Source of the DNA: Chrysomallon squamiferum
Taxonomy: Eukaryota > Animalia > Mollusca
DNA: 64,000 nt
Assembly (NCBI GenBank): GCA_012295275.1
Contig: CM022671.1
Span: forward strand, 22,010,001 to 22,074,000
Direction: 5' to 3'
Position 1 is the stretch's first letter; each line of letters starts with the position of its first letter. Position numbers and translations under genes: made by a program. This document shows, piece after piece, positions 1 to 19,637 of this stretch. A model generated the notes under the pieces. The model did not search any database. It was not told where the DNA came from and saw only the letters and a program-made list of their open reading frames with translations.

Positions 1-562
1 AATGACATCAGCTGTCCATTGTGTAAGTAAGAGGTTCTAGATCGTAATTGATTTCAAACTGGGTATCTAGGAAACAATCAAACTGGGTATTTGTAATATA
101 ATAATTAATGAAGTTCTTTTATCCGATCTATTATTTTGGTGAACCAGCAAAATTTGCATCCAAATCTTTTCCTTTGATTTCATGTTTTGACTGATGCTTC
201 AAAATTTTACTTTTTCTATAGAACACAACTGCTCTTCTTATTTATTTATTGATTTTTAATTTTCCAGAATTCTTTAATAAAAAAGATAAATAAAATAAAA
301 TGAAAAAAATAAAAAATAAAAAATAAAATAAAATAAATAAAAATAAAATAAAATAAACATAAACATAAACATAAACATAAACATAAATCATATATGTAAA
401 TACATAATCTGTTAAAAAGGTATAAGTTAAAAGTATAAGTATAAATTATTAAATAATCAAATAATAAACTAATTATTTATAAAGTGCTGAATAAGAATGT
501 AAATAAATAAATAAGTATTAATTAAAAAAAATACTAATACTAATATAAATATTAACACAATA

Positions 563-599
<37 letters not shown>

Positions 600-1136
600 A
601 TAATAATAATAATGATAATGATAATAAGAAGAAGAAGAAGAAGAAGAAGATTTTATATTTGCTGAATATATAGAACTGTATTTAGGTTAGTGCTAAATAA
701 GCAAATAGTAAAAATAATAAACAAATTAAAAATTAATCTTAATTACAATTATTTTGATAATGTTTTGTGAATTAAATATGAAAATATTAAAATAAATAAT
801 AAAAATAAAAACAAATAATAAATTAAAAATTATTATTATTTACAAATTTTATGTTTTTGATAATGAAATTCGATATTATTTTTTATTTAAAACTGATATA
901 TTTTTCCTGCTTGTGTTCTATGGAAAAATCAAAATTCTTTTCAGTTTTCATTTTTTTTTTTTTTTTTTTAATTATAAGTTTACTTTATTAATTTTTTCAT
1001 TTTTTTTTTAATCATTATTCCTCACCATGTATGGAAAATTTAAATATTTAAATTTTTTAATTAATTTTAATTGTACAAACTTTTATTAAATGTACCTAAA
1101 ATGCAGCAACAGTGAGTCACCTGGTGAGTGATGACA

Positions 1137-1340
1137 CCCCCACCTTAGGTGGGTTAACATGGATTAACTCAGACTTGTCAGTGAGTTAACTGCCCCACCT
1201 CAGAGTGGCTAATACAGATTAACTCATACTTGAAAATGAGTTAACTGGGAGACTGTTCACCTTAGGTGCAGAAAACATTATTGTCTTAGATATAGAAAAC
1301 AATGCAATATTTTTATTGTTTGGAACAGAAAAAAACTAGA
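1137..1340 (+). repeat. Two ~56-bp tandem palindromic units followed by a second decayed MULE-like fragment
   Basis: Units ccccacct..gtgg.taa.a..gattaactca.acttg....tgagttaactg at ~1137-1192 and ~1193-1248. 1289-1337 translates to DIENNAIFLLFGTEKN, homologous to SILLFGTDKN at ~2533-2565. Confidence 0.5.
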
Positions 1341-1849
1341 ATAATATTATGAGTGACACAGAGAACATTGCAATATTGTCATCATTAGATTTATGTACAA
1401 AAAGTTCTGAAATAAAATCATGTTGGGATAAAGAAAAGAATGATTATCTTTACATTTAAATAATAAAATTTATTTTGCCTGTACTATAATAAAATTATAT
1501 TTTGATAATATTATCAGTGTTAGCTATTGTTACTGCTGTTGTTATTAATACGTTATTGGTGATTTTTTTTTTAACTCTTAAGGTACAAAATTATTTCTTC
1601 ATTGGCGTAAGGGACATAAATCTCATAGGTTTAATATTTTCGGAATTATCTCATCAAAACGCTTTTAAAAGACTGAGTCCAAAAGCGTTACCAAATTTTG
1701 GGGATTTTTATTATTATTATTTTATTTATTTATTAATTTAAAAAATAATATGTTAAATTACTGAACGATTTTAACGTAACAAGAAAATTGTTTATTTTTC
1801 AAAATGCCTCGTTAGTTATGCCTTAAAGATGCTTTAATCGCTCTAAAGG

Positions 1850-3755
1850 AATGGCCGTAACTAGACTCTTTTTTAAATGAGGCAAAAACACTTAAACCCT
1901 AAGCGACGCGTAGCAAAAAAAAAAAAATTATTATTAATTATCGCTCCGGGACGTAGAAAATCCTATTTTGTGTACTACTGGTTTGCCGGATTATGAATGT
2001 CCCGGGAAGCAGAAGGAACTCATTGGTTCATGTGTTTTGCGTTGAAGAGTGAGTCGTGTTTTCTTTACCAACGATAGCAGTTGAGCAGATGATTGTGTGT
2101 GTGTGCGTGCGTGCGTGCGTGTGTGTGTGTGTGTTCTTTTCTTTTATTGTTATTTCTTCTTTTTCTCCTCAGTTTTGTTTTATTTCGCTCGCATTGGTGT
2201 CTACTATTTTAAAGGATTATTGTCCTGGGTAGTATTTTTATATGTTAATTTATATTTTAATCTATATAACGTTTTGCATCGAAATGGGAAACTGTCTGAG
2301 ATTTAAAATAATGACATCTGAAATCTCCAATCTGACAAAGAACCACGACGCTGTGCCCGACGGTTTGTTAGCCGAGATTCCTCATTTTAGTGCCATCAGC
2401 ATGGTACTATACCGACAACGCCACAAAACCTTACCCCTCCTACCCCAGACAAGACAGGAAATTAACATGGAAGGTGAGTGGACCTGTACCGAGGGAGGAT
2501 CTCCTTTTCTGCGCCAAGATGAAGGGACAAAAGTCAATATTGTTGTTCGGGACAGACAAAAACCTGGAGTTGTTATATAAGTCAAGCTGCAACAGTTAGA
2601 TGATCCCTGGCAAGTTCAGACACGAAAATACGAGCTATCGAAGCCTGAATCCAGTCTCTGGAAGACGAGTTGATCAACCACAACATCTCAGACACTGACT
2701 ACACTGACCACATCGGAGAGCTTTTGCATTTTAACACAAAGCTGCGAGAATCAACGGAAATATTATTTAAAATAAATCACCTTCGTTTGCTTTTCTTCTT
2801 GATTTTTTCTTTCTTTCTTTCTTTCTTTCTTTATTTATTTACAATTTTTTTATTTTTTTTTTTTTTTATTTATTTATTTATTCTGTGTTTTCTGTTGTTC
2901 TTTCATGTATATATTTCTCTTTGAATATTTAATTTCTTGTATAATCTTGTCATAGTTGTAGTTGTCATTGTTGTTATACTGTCGTTATTGTATGTTTTGC
3001 GTTCAAAATGAGTCGTGGACCTGAATTATGGATAAAAAAATGTTATGCTATTTTAAATTGAACTGTTTGTTGTATTAACATATACAAATCAAAAGACAGA
3101 CTTAGATACAGAGAGACAGACTCACAGACAGACGACGTACGGGCAGAAGATTCACACCAGAGCCGTTAAAACTTGGGTATAGTTGTATATCATTTTACAA
3201 TTTTGTTTTATTTTATTTATTTGTAATACGAACAACATAACCACTGAAATGAACTCTTAGTGCTAACAACTGCACTATGGTACAGAATTAGTTCGGTTGT
3301 TACCTTTTGACTGCACACACCGTCAGCCAGGTAAAAGGGCAAATAACGAGTACCGGGACGTAGATGGATCCTAATTAGTAAACAACAACAACAACGCAGA
3401 AATCATTTTAGGACCATTTATACAAGTTTATCTACGTCCCGGCCATAATCAAAAACATTTGGGCGAGGAGACTTGAAAGACGCAAAATCTCGATTCTAAC
3501 CATTTACTGATTGATGTCTGATGTCTTTGAAGTCAGTTATGTCTTTCATCGCAGCGATTTCGGTAGACTTCAAACGGTAACCGTAGACATAAACGAATTC
3601 ATTCAGAGGATATCTTTTCTATCGGAATAAGATTTATATTTTATATTTTTAAAATAAAACTTTTGTATAAAAAAAAAATATTAAAAATCAAAAATCAAAA
3701 ATCAATTTCGGTATGAGGAATTTGCTTCATTTGCCTCAATGTAGTTACGGCCATG
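1850..3755. mobile_element. Non-autonomous TIR DNA transposon (hAT-like termini) with 5-bp TSD
   Basis: Left end aATGGCCGTAACTA (1850-1863) and right end TAGTTACGGCCATG (3742-3755) form a 13-bp perfect inverted repeat, with subterminal TGAGGCAAA/TTTGCCTCA. Both ends are flanked by AAAGG (1845-1849, 3756-3760). Confidence 0.65.
1988..3371 (+). mobile_element. Internally deleted MULE/Mutator-type transposon remnant nested in the TIR element
   Basis: 2290-2580 encodes, across a frameshift, LYRQRHKTLPLLPQTRQEINMEGEWTCTEGGSPFL..DEG..SILLFGTDKNLELLY, resembling the segment preceding the DDE domain of FLYWCH/MULE transposases. 2620-2735 resembles a MULE C-terminus (QSLEDELINHNIS..DY.DHIGELLHF). The terminal-like motif GGAT..CTACGTCCCGG or its complement occurs at 1946, 1988, 3353 and 3431. 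Boundaries are uncertain. Confidence 0.6.
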
Positions 3756-5216
3756 AAAGGGTTGTCTTTGTATGAACAGATTTAGCTTCGCTTTTCATGA
3801 TCAGTTCAACGTTGTTCATATAGACTGAAAAAGTATGTATATTTGAAACTATAACTTATCTTAATCAGTTCATAATACTTAATACTTACTTTTTAATTTT
3901 AATTTTATTTATTATTATTACTATTATTTTGAAATTATTAATTTTATTAATAAACAACTGTAGAAATATACGCTAAAACAGCCTCAAAGACGGACCATGG
4001 AGAATCGTTCCTGAAACCAAACGCGTCTGATTTGAGTGTGAAACACTAACCGACCGGCCACTCTCTCGCACGTGCACAAGAACCCATTTTAAACGGATGA
4101 ACTGATTTACTGATCAAACGTTGAAAATTGAAAACACTCTGCTCAGTTTGTCGACAAACGGTAGGCAGACGATACAAAAACGGTAAGTGCAAGCATACCC
4201 TAAATAACCCAGGAGATGAATAACTGTGTGTAGACATCACGATAATTTAAAAGCAAGAAAATTAAAAGATTTATTCCATGACCTTTTTTTGACTCGCTTT
4301 TAAGCCAATTAAGCCAATTAAAATAAAGAAAAACGGTTTTGATGTAGCAATGGAATTTACAGACTTAGTTGTGACCTTTTGTTTTAGAATTTCATCATTA
4401 GGACAACACGTTTTCATAGTAATGAAGTAATATCTGTTGTCTTTGAGATTTAAAGTATAGTAATCAAACAAAATGAGAGACAAAACCCGCTGCCTACGTA
4501 CCACGGGATACCCTTTTAAACGTTATTTATGTCTTTCCAATCTATGGTATAAGGGATTCTCTCCTTATATTTTAATGAATTTTTACAAATTGAATAAAAT
4601 CATGTGCAAACGTGTGTATTTTGCCTCCTCTGGGCGAGGTTTCAATAGTTTGTCGTTATATTTGTCAGTGTTCAAAGAGTTAAATACTGAATAAAAAAAC
4701 AAACCACGAAATTCTTCGCAGCAAAACACTAAAAGAAAACACCAAAACCTCAAAACACCAACAATATGGTTGTCATTTGTTTTAGTCTGTTTTCACTGAT
4801 CAGAATATTTATCTCTGTGTAACTTTCTGTTGCTAGAAAGACTCAGTTTAAATTTTATGTTAAGATATAGATATAAACTGCTAAACTATAATCTATTTAT
4901 TATATTTAGGCAAGAATTAAACAAAAGCATGTGCAAGATTTTTGAAAATCATGACGTCAAACCATGTAGCATGTACAGTAAAACATGATCAGATGAAATA
5001 AGCCTTCTACTGAGCACTGAGATAAGACATAACATAACTTACGTGTACATAGATAAATGCATATAGTTATATATATATATATACACACGCGCACACGCGC
5101 ACATACACTTACATAAATATCTGTTATTTTATATTTTGATATATGTGTACATATATATGCATACAGATTCACACATATTTGCAGGCATGCATACATAAAC
5201 ACAGATATACAAACAT

Positions 5217-5590
<374 letters not shown>

Positions 5591-5635
5591 TGAAGAATTT
5601 GATAACGGACGCTTTTTGTCTCCAGGATAACAAAA

Positions 5636-5678
<43 letters not shown>

Positions 5679-6769
5679 TCCAGATTCTTAAGAGGGTAAT
5701 GAATGTCGAGGTAAACATTTATGCTATGTAGAAATATTTATATCAAATATCACAGTATTTACTGAGGTTTGTGAAGTGAAGTGCATAATAATTTTGAATA
5801 ATAATAATAATAAATTCTTTTTAAAACCCTAAGAAATACACACACATACATAAAAAATAAATAAGTTATTTATTTTTTATATATATATAATAAAAGAAAG
5901 AAAAAAACATTTAATAAGTTTACAATTATTTACTTAGGAATCAGATTTTCATTTCAATATACGAAATGACGTCACGAAATAACGGAAAAATGGCAGCCTC
6001 CAGACATTTCCTGTGATTTGTTATTTTATTGTTTTATTTTATTTAACCAAACTATAGTCATTTAACAGTTTTTAAAATGCATTTACACAATTTACTTACT
6101 TCATAGCACCCATACCAGTTAAACTTCAGTGACAAAACACCGAATATAATAAAATTATTTATTATATGTTCAGTACAATACAGTACAATACAATACAATA
6201 GTATACAATTTAATTCATTTCATAACATTTATTTATTTATTTATTTATTTATTTATTGCATTTGTTTCTTATAAATCTCTTTTTATTGAGGTCTATTTTT
6301 AGAAACAACTATGTAAAGTGTGTGAACTTCAGCTTCTAATGGTTTCAGATACGTTTGGCATTATCAGCAGACGTGAAAGCGACATCTAGCCGCCATTGCT
6401 ACAGAGGCGCCCATTATGTGGTGGTTGATACAGTATTCATTATCACGATAACAACAAGATTCGTTTGCTACATGACCTTCATTCTGACCTGATATCGTAA
6501 AGTAAGCAATCAGTCTATATTGTTCTAACATTTTGAATATTCCTTTTACATTTTCTTTGTTAATTCGAAATACGCAAAGACATTCATGAACATCGACAAT
6601 TGTTTACATGTGGTTAAAGCCATTTTAAAGATATTCATATATATATATATATATACAAAAGTTGAATATTGTTTTAAAGTGTATTTGAAGTGCTATGGAG
6701 AAATACTAAAAGAGATAGAAAAAAAACGCTTCTCTTTTTCGTTTAGCTGCGAGATATGTTTCATAAGCA

Positions 6770-6865
6770 CCTTCCCAATAACTGTATTTGTTAAACCAAT
6801 CGTAGAGCACTGGCTGTTTTGAGAAATGATTCAGTGGCCGTCGTTTGGAAACTAGATCCCGTTCT
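6770..6865 (-). mobile_element. Decayed SINE fragment (same family as 15175-15475)
   Basis: ttgttaaaccaatcgtagagcactggctg..gagaaat matches the reverse complement of the SINE body also seen at 16590-16710 and 59560-59670. Confidence 0.5.
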
Positions 6866-7138
6866 TTTAACCTCTTGCCTTGCTTTCTCTACGATTTGGC
6901 GGATGTCAAAATCATGCTGTGTTATATTTCTGAAGCCAGTCAGTCATGCAATCAACGAACAGTTAACGAACAGTTGTAGAAAAAAAATCTTTATGTTTAA
7001 AGTCAATTATACAGTCAAAGTGACAGTATTAGAAAACAACATGTGTATTTAATTTAGTTTTAATGTTAAAGATACTACTGAACACATAAACGAGAAGAAT
7101 AACTGAAAAACATAATATGAAGTGTAGAGATTCCACTC

Positions 7139-7144
7139 TTTATT
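7139..7144 (-). terminator. Poly(A) signal AATAAA of FABP gene
   Basis: tttatt on the + strand, ~63 nt past the TAG stop (7207-7209). Confidence 0.55.
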
Positions 7145-7206
7145 GTCCGGGATGACAAAACTGAATTCAAAGCAGTTATTTAAGCAGTTATTTCAAAAAA
7201 CGGTTT

Positions 7207-12631
<5,425 letters not shown>

Positions 12632-12693
12632 TTTCAAAAGATTCTAAAAGTTAAACTAACAAGCGTCGGTACCTAACTCTGAACACTTAATGG

Positions 12694-12793
12694 TGACTCG
12701 TCTGTCAACAACGCAGACTACATCTCCAGTCACGTGACTAAGGCCAGACGGTCACGTGCCTCATCCTTTAGTTACTCCTGTTAATTACCGCCC
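12694..12793 (-). promoter_or_regulatory. FABP proximal promoter with two CACGTG E-boxes (CLEAR/USF-type) and a GC box
   Basis: AGTCACGTGACT 12-bp palindrome at 12728-12739, GTCACGTG at 12751-12758 and CCGCCC at 12788-12793, all 100-160 bp upstream of the ATG in a local CpG-containing patch. Confidence 0.55.
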
Positions 12794-13348
12794 CACAGTT
12801 TGTGATACAGAAACTGAAACTTAGCTGTGTAGTTCAAGCTGTTGCTGTGAATAATTAAATAAACCGGGGATATTCCACGAAACCGATAATGAAATTTATT
12901 ATTTTTAGAACTGGGAACAAATGATACTCAAATAGTTAAAACCTACCATATGTCACATCAAACGCATATACGTACATGTAAAATAATGTTAGCTTGATAC
13001 ATAAATATTTTGAAAAAAAATCCACACAAAAAAACCCACCAGCAAAACGTTTCAAAATCTGTTGACTGCAAGGAAGTTATCGTTATAAACCCGTTATAAA
13101 TATATTATCATCACTTAAATAATTTAATCCGTACGATTAGTAGTTTTATTATTAATGATCATTAAACACATTAGAGATGAGAACAAATATATATATATAA
13201 CTTTCTCCATTATTGTCGACTGTTAAAAAAGAAAGAAAAATACAAAAATCGAGGCAAAGATATAAACATACTCTCATATTTATTTGTAAAGCACACTCCT
13301 GGGCATGAATGCAGTAAAAGAAAAATATATGCAGCTGCCAAGACATAC

Positions 13349-13525
13349 AGGAAAAAGGAAAGGAGAAAAGTTTTATATAACGACGCACCTAACATATTTA
13401 AGGTGATAAGCCTCATGCATATTTTTAAAGATCATGCAAATAGAAAACTTGCTGCCATCACACCACGGCCTAATCTCTTTTTTTTTTTTTTTTAAAGAGC
13501 TGTAAGAGATCTTTTATATTAATTT
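13349..13525 (-). mobile_element. Decayed SINE 3' half
   Basis: aaggag..gttttatataacgacgcacctaacatattt...gaaaacttgctgccatcacaccacggcctaatctcttt...aagagatcttttatat is the reverse complement of the 3' half of the copies at 15330-15475 and 50880-50960. Confidence 0.6.
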
Positions 13526-13805
13526 CTCTGTTTATCGATTTCCCTGCTTGCCTGTCTGTTTATCTACTTATCTTCCCCCTCCCTGTCTGTCTATAAATTT
13601 ACCTGTCTCTTTCTTTACCCTTTGTTTTAAGAGAAGAGTGAGCACTGCTTCGAAAGAAGAGTGCAGATAGAAATACAGATACATCTGGCGAGATAAGGAG
13701 AGATGGAGATAACGAGAACGTGAGATAACGAGAGTCAGTGAAGTAGAGAGAGAAAGACAGCGTGAGTAAACGAAACACGCAAACATACATAGCAACACAC
13801 ACATC

Positions 13806-13905
<100 letters not shown>

Positions 13906-15174
13906 ACTAATTAACATCTCCGTTCATTTGTTTTAGAGATGGCTGACAACCCGTTTAATTTACATTCCATATTTTAGCTAATTGCTGCGGGGCGCCTCTG
14001 CACGAGACCAATTATACGTTACGTAGTCGCAGAGATGACATTCAGAGACCTGCCGTAAATTTAGCAACCTGCCAAATGTTTTCCGTAAGGAACTTCAGTG
14101 GCCGGGTCATTCTGCGAACAGCTCGTAAAAAGCCAGTGCATATGACATTACTCACTTATTCATAATTCAACAGTGCACTTATGAATTTGGTTTAGGTTAC
14201 TATAATTATGTGATCAGAAAAATACGGTTAAAAATAAAAATGACATAAAATAAAATAAAATAAAATAAATAAATTAATTAAAAAGTCGGGGGTGTCATTT
14301 AATATTCATATTCAGATATTCAGAACGGACTGTCTGGTTTTAAAGAGAGATAGGGTCAGAGAAAAATAATTTGGTACTTGTAAAAGGAGTTTATACATTA
14401 TGCATACTTTCCTAATCATTTTTATGAAATTTGTTACTAGCGATAAATCTTTTGAAATTAATAAAGATCCTTGACTGACTGAATAAATAAATAATTATGC
14501 AGTCACTGTATCCTCAGTTCAGTCACCTTCAAGCTTACAGAAGAGAGAGAATTAGTATCACACTTTATTATTACCAAAGGTTGGCACCAAAATCCAATGG
14601 AAAAAGTCTGTTGGTACTGTTACAAAATTTCTTTAACCTGTTAGTTTGTATCGCCAAAAATGCACTATATTCTCTTAGACATCCAAAAATATATGACAGC
14701 TTTTTGTCAATCATGCGCATTCTTTCGCGTTGTGATTTTGTCAGCTGTGTCTGAGAAGACCGGTCGCCACCGTCGTTGTCGTTGATTCGTGTTACGTCAC
14801 TGCTACTATGACGTTTCTGTCCCACAATTAACGTTTCAAAAAGAGAAAAATATCAAAGGCTTGCTATACCGATTTTCAACAGAGTTCTTGTTTTTATGTT
14901 TTGTTCAGCCTTTGTGATATTGTGGTAACAATAATAATGATGGTGATGATAATGATGATGACGACGACAACTATAACAATAATAAAAGTAACAACAGAAG
15001 CAACAACAACAACAATAAATAAATAAATAAATTTGTTAACACTGTTAACAAGTCGTGATGAAACATTTATTTTGCCTGTTATGTCTGTCTGTCTGATATT
15101 ATCTGGTTAACCTTTCTTTCTCCGTGTTTCTGTATTAAAGTGGATAATCTAAGAGATATGACTTATTATATGAA

Positions 15175-15475
15175 TAGTTAAATCGTTGAGCTGAGGCGAG
15201 AGGGATCAGAGGATCAATCCTCATTTGTGTGACCTTAGGCTATTCTCTCATTCTAGTTTTGCCCTCTCATTGGTTAATCAGAGATCATAATATGAGTTTC
15301 CGTATCTATGGAGAGGTACAGATACAGCTTCCTTCATTGCTAATCAATAAAATATAGCTCATTGCATGGTGGCAGATTGTTTTCATTTTCGTTATGTGCG
15401 TGGGCCTTAACCAGATACGTATTACGCAATAGAAAACATATGTTAAAAATGAATGATTTGCCTCATTAAATAATA
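15175..15475 (+). mobile_element. Decayed near-full-length tRNA-derived SINE
   Basis: B-box-like ggatcaatcc, then ggctattctctc..., gatacagcttccttcattgctaatcaa, ggccttaaccagat and an A/T tail. Collinear with the other copies in the window and resembles a SINE I recall as abundant in gastropod genomes. Confidence 0.6.
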
Positions 15476-16186
15476 ATATTAATAACGAAAAAAAATTATT
15501 CTTTAATTTCATGAAGCTGTCTTGCAGAAATCTTGTAGGGTGAGTTTGATAACACGGAACCCAACTCTTTATTTCTCTACAGAGGATATCCGCACAACAA
15601 ACAAAAATATAAATCTTAATTTTTATCAACCTAAATTTTTATCTTATGCCAAAAATAACGTGGTTTATGTTCGATTAACATCAAAAGTGCAACAGCGATA
15701 CACATTTTGATTTAAGATTCAGCAGTTTTGACCGATACGATTACAGAATAATATTTATTTCGCATTATTTTGAATACGTTTTTAACTCGTCTGTGATATA
15801 ACTCTCGTATGACACAGCCTTGGTATTTTACATTAGTCACTGAGTCATTATAAAGATTTATTTATTTTTTTAATACTGTATGGAAGAGTTTATATACTTC
15901 AAGTCAAATTTAACGATTGTGGGATTTTACGATCTTTGTTGTTTGTTTATTTAACGACGGCAGCAACAACACATATACAAAACAAACAAAAAATAATTTA
16001 AAAAAAATAAAGGCTGTTGGGTGTCATTCAAAGTTAACTGAGATTTTCTGAAAGTTTTACTTGATACTAAACAGAGGTATTAGCTGACACGATATATGAT
16101 AATAAATCAGTTTCGAATTTAATATATTATTGTTATTTTATCATTATCATTATTGTTATTATTATTATCATTATCATTATCATCAA

Positions 16187-16251
<65 letters not shown>

Positions 16252-16264
16252 TCAGGATTGCCTT

Positions 16265-16710
16265 TAAGGAATATTTAATTAGAGCATTTCTTTAAAGACG
16301 CCTTAACAAATTTTAACATTAAGGGTTAGTATGCTTCAACACTTCTAGTACAAATCTAAACAAGTCAGAGGAAACCTTCCATAGTCACTCTTTAATCGAT
16401 AAGAGTACTAGTGGGCTGAATTGTGACGTTACCTGGCCAACAGAGGTCTCTGCAAAGTTTATATTCTCTTCTGTGTATTAATATAGTTTGTGAACTTGCC
16501 GATTAGAATTTTGAAGAGTTTTATAACGGTGTATTTGACAACGGTAGTACGTATTATAACATCAAATTTTATTCTACTTTATGTCTGCAAAGGGAAACAC
16601 ATACCACAACTTTTCATAAAATCGTCTTGAACTATGGTTTGAACGGGAAAACAAAGGATTGGTCCAGCTAGTTATCTCGAACCAACGCACTCACGTCTGA
16701 GCTAAAACTT
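16265..16710 (-). mobile_element. Decayed SINE copy (interrupted)
   Basis: Blocks tttaaagacgccttaacaaatttt, gaggaaacc, cataccacaacttttcataaaatcgt..gaacgggaaa..ggtcc and ctgagcta occur in reverse SINE order. Confidence 0.45.
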
Positions 16711-17381
16711 TTCCTTTCACATTCACAGAAATATCATTGACGATACGATGATAAGGTTATTTACACAGAAGATGCAGCTGGCTTCTTTGTGCGTTACGAA
16801 CCCTGTCACATGGGTAATGTTTCCGTTTTTGTAGCTCTTCGCTTATTTTTGACTTGATGAATGGGAAAGTATTTGCGAGATATGACACGTGTTTCCTTTT
16901 TTGTTTCTACGATTATCTGCTTTCACATAAACTGTTGTATGTTTATTTATTAGTTACGAATTACTGTAAGTTCTAATAAATAAAATATTTCATGTGTTTT
17001 TTGTAAACATAACATTCTGAATGTTGAAGAGTTTTATAACTTTCTATCTTATAACCACCACAATCACTAACTAAACATTATAGGTCGTTGAAGTCATTTA
17101 TTCAGTAACTAAAAACCTTATGTAACTGTTTTCAGCAGAAACTGTAAAATACAAGATATTTCAAATATAAATATATGATCTGTGTATCTAGAAACTAACA
17201 AATAAATAAATAAGAATATAAAAAAATAATAATAATAAAAACAATTATTTCTTTTACAAAGCCATTACTTCTACACATAACAAGAAAGGAATGAATAAAT
17301 TCTTAATACTCGAGCAGAAAATCTATTTTTTTTAAACTGGCTGTTAGTAAACACGATGGTACACGATGAATTTAGTCGGAA

Positions 17382-17426
17382 TAGTTAGTTAATCCTCTTG
17401 ATGCCCGCTGGCTCATGGGGCAATAA
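17382..17426 (-). mobile_element. Possible extreme 3' end of an RTE-clade LINE
   Basis: The minus strand reads tgccccatgagccagcgggcatcaagaggat followed by a (TAAC)n tail, resembling RTE 3' stem-loop plus tetranucleotide tails as I recall them. Confidence 0.3.
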
Positions 17427-19606
17427 TCAGAAAGCAATAAATGACAAACTTGGCATTGCAGTGAAATATTGGTCTGTATCAAAACGTAAATTATAACATA
17501 ATCGAGTTATTTTGCAAGGTGAAACAGGCATGGAGATTCCCTCGTGTTTCTGCTGCTGATACAGTAAATATTTTAAGCTGTAACCCTTCAGAGTTGTTTT
17601 CTCTACACATATTGTTCTAAAAATAAATAAATAAACAAAAAATAAATTTTGTAGTAAGATTATTAGAGAGAGAGAGACACTTTAATTAGCTTAATTGCTC
17701 CTTAAAGGCCTATAAGGTCATGAGATAAATTAAATTATCATGATTTTTGCTTCCTATATCTCCCGCGACATTTTGTTTGCACTCTTCTCCTTTATGTATC
17801 GTCTATGTGCTGTTTGTTGACAACTAAACACTAAACAGTTTTCAACCTCTGGCTCTTAATCCGGAAACCAGTGCATCCGTTTCCAAAGTGCTGATCTGTC
17901 TATCTGTCTGTCTGTATATACATGCAATTCATACAAATGCATGTGATAATCACACAAGGCAGAAGATGCCGGTTCTCTGCAGTTTTGAAAGAGAACAGAG
18001 AATCTTGCTGGTTGTTTTTTGTTTTTTGTTTTTTGTTTTTTCCCCGGTTTTGTTTAACTGCTAATGCAGAAATACAAAGGTCATATTAAACTTCTGAACC
18101 ATTTTCACATGTCAAATCAGCCAATTTTTCCTTCTTGTTGTCATCGTTGATTGGCAGCCATCAAAAATGTTCCTTGTAACCGAAACAAACTTTGTGAGCA
18201 GCGACGATCTATTTTCTGAAACGTATATAGACGTTCACTAATCAGTTTTGTTTATAAAATAAAATTTTAAAAATAAATTAAAAATAATCATATGATAATA
18301 ATAAAAAAAAAAAAAAAAAAATACTGTTTTAAGAAAATAAATAATAATAGTAATAAAAATGCCTAATTATGAAAAAGGGCATATATCAGTTTGGTTAAAA
18401 TAATGTTTTAAACTTGACCCTTAAAAATGTGTCGAAAATGAACTTCATTAACTTAGCCTACTTTCCTCTTTTACACGCATGTGCAAATGCTTTTTCTTAA
18501 TTTAACAGCATATGTAGGATTTACCGAGTTTTAAGCAAATAAACAGAAAATAATAATTAAAAATTAAAATTAAAAATTAAGGATAAAAGAAAATTCTTAT
18601 CTATAAGAAGTTATTTGTTCATTACTTTTCGAGAGATAAATAAATCGCAGTAAAGTAATAGCAGCTTATCTTATAGTGCTTGTAGACAGGCAATTGATTT
18701 TATTATTAGTTAATTAATTTGTATATTAATTAATTACGATCGGCGCCAACACTGTCGTATCATTTTGTAGAACGGGTTTTTTTCTTCATAATTTGAATTA
18801 ATTTCATTTATTTGAAAAATTGTGCCCTACTTTCTAAAAACCTAAACTCACTTTTTTTTCTATTCACGTCTGCTTTCTCCGTTTGCTAATAATAACAGAA
18901 TGATGATGATGATATTAATTTTTTCTTGCATTTTTCGAATAAGTACAAAAACATCTGCATTTCAAACGTATCCTAGTTCACAGCGCAGAATGTACATTTT
19001 AAAAAGACTTTCGGATGTACATACGTTTGTCCGAGAATGTGTTCGTACGTGCGTGAGTATACATATATAATACGTGCAGTTATTGTACAAGACCGTGCAC
19101 AATTACGAATTCATTTCACACTACAGTGACACTAACAGCCACATTTCTCTCCCTTGATTGGCGTGAAATGTTTGAAACTGCAGGTCGTGCGATATACATT
19201 TTTAAAATACGGTAGCGTTGAGCAAGATGCTTGGTTGTGATCAGACGACTATTCCCTAAAACGAGAAATCAGTAAACCTGCTGGTCATTTAGTACTGTAC
19301 GTGTGTGTACATTTCTCATGCCATTAACATAAGCATCTTGAAGGAGGTTTTGTCAGACATCTTTGCTAATTTTGCACACACACACACACACACACACACT
19401 TCAGCATATTGCTATGCTAGTGTTATTGTGACTGAAAGTGACACATAGTAGATCTGAAATGTACCCTATGTATATATATGTGTGTGTGTGTGTGTGTGTT
19501 TATGTATGTATGTATGTATCTTTTGATACATAATAATTATAAAATAAAAAGCATTGTTATAACTATTATATCATCAATATCAAAGTATGGGTGTTCACAC
19601 AACAAC

Positions 19607-19637
<31 letters not shown>

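Noticed and set aside
6379-6392. CTCF-like motif GCGACATCTAGCCG
   Set aside because: Two mismatches in core positions; cannot be distinguished from chance
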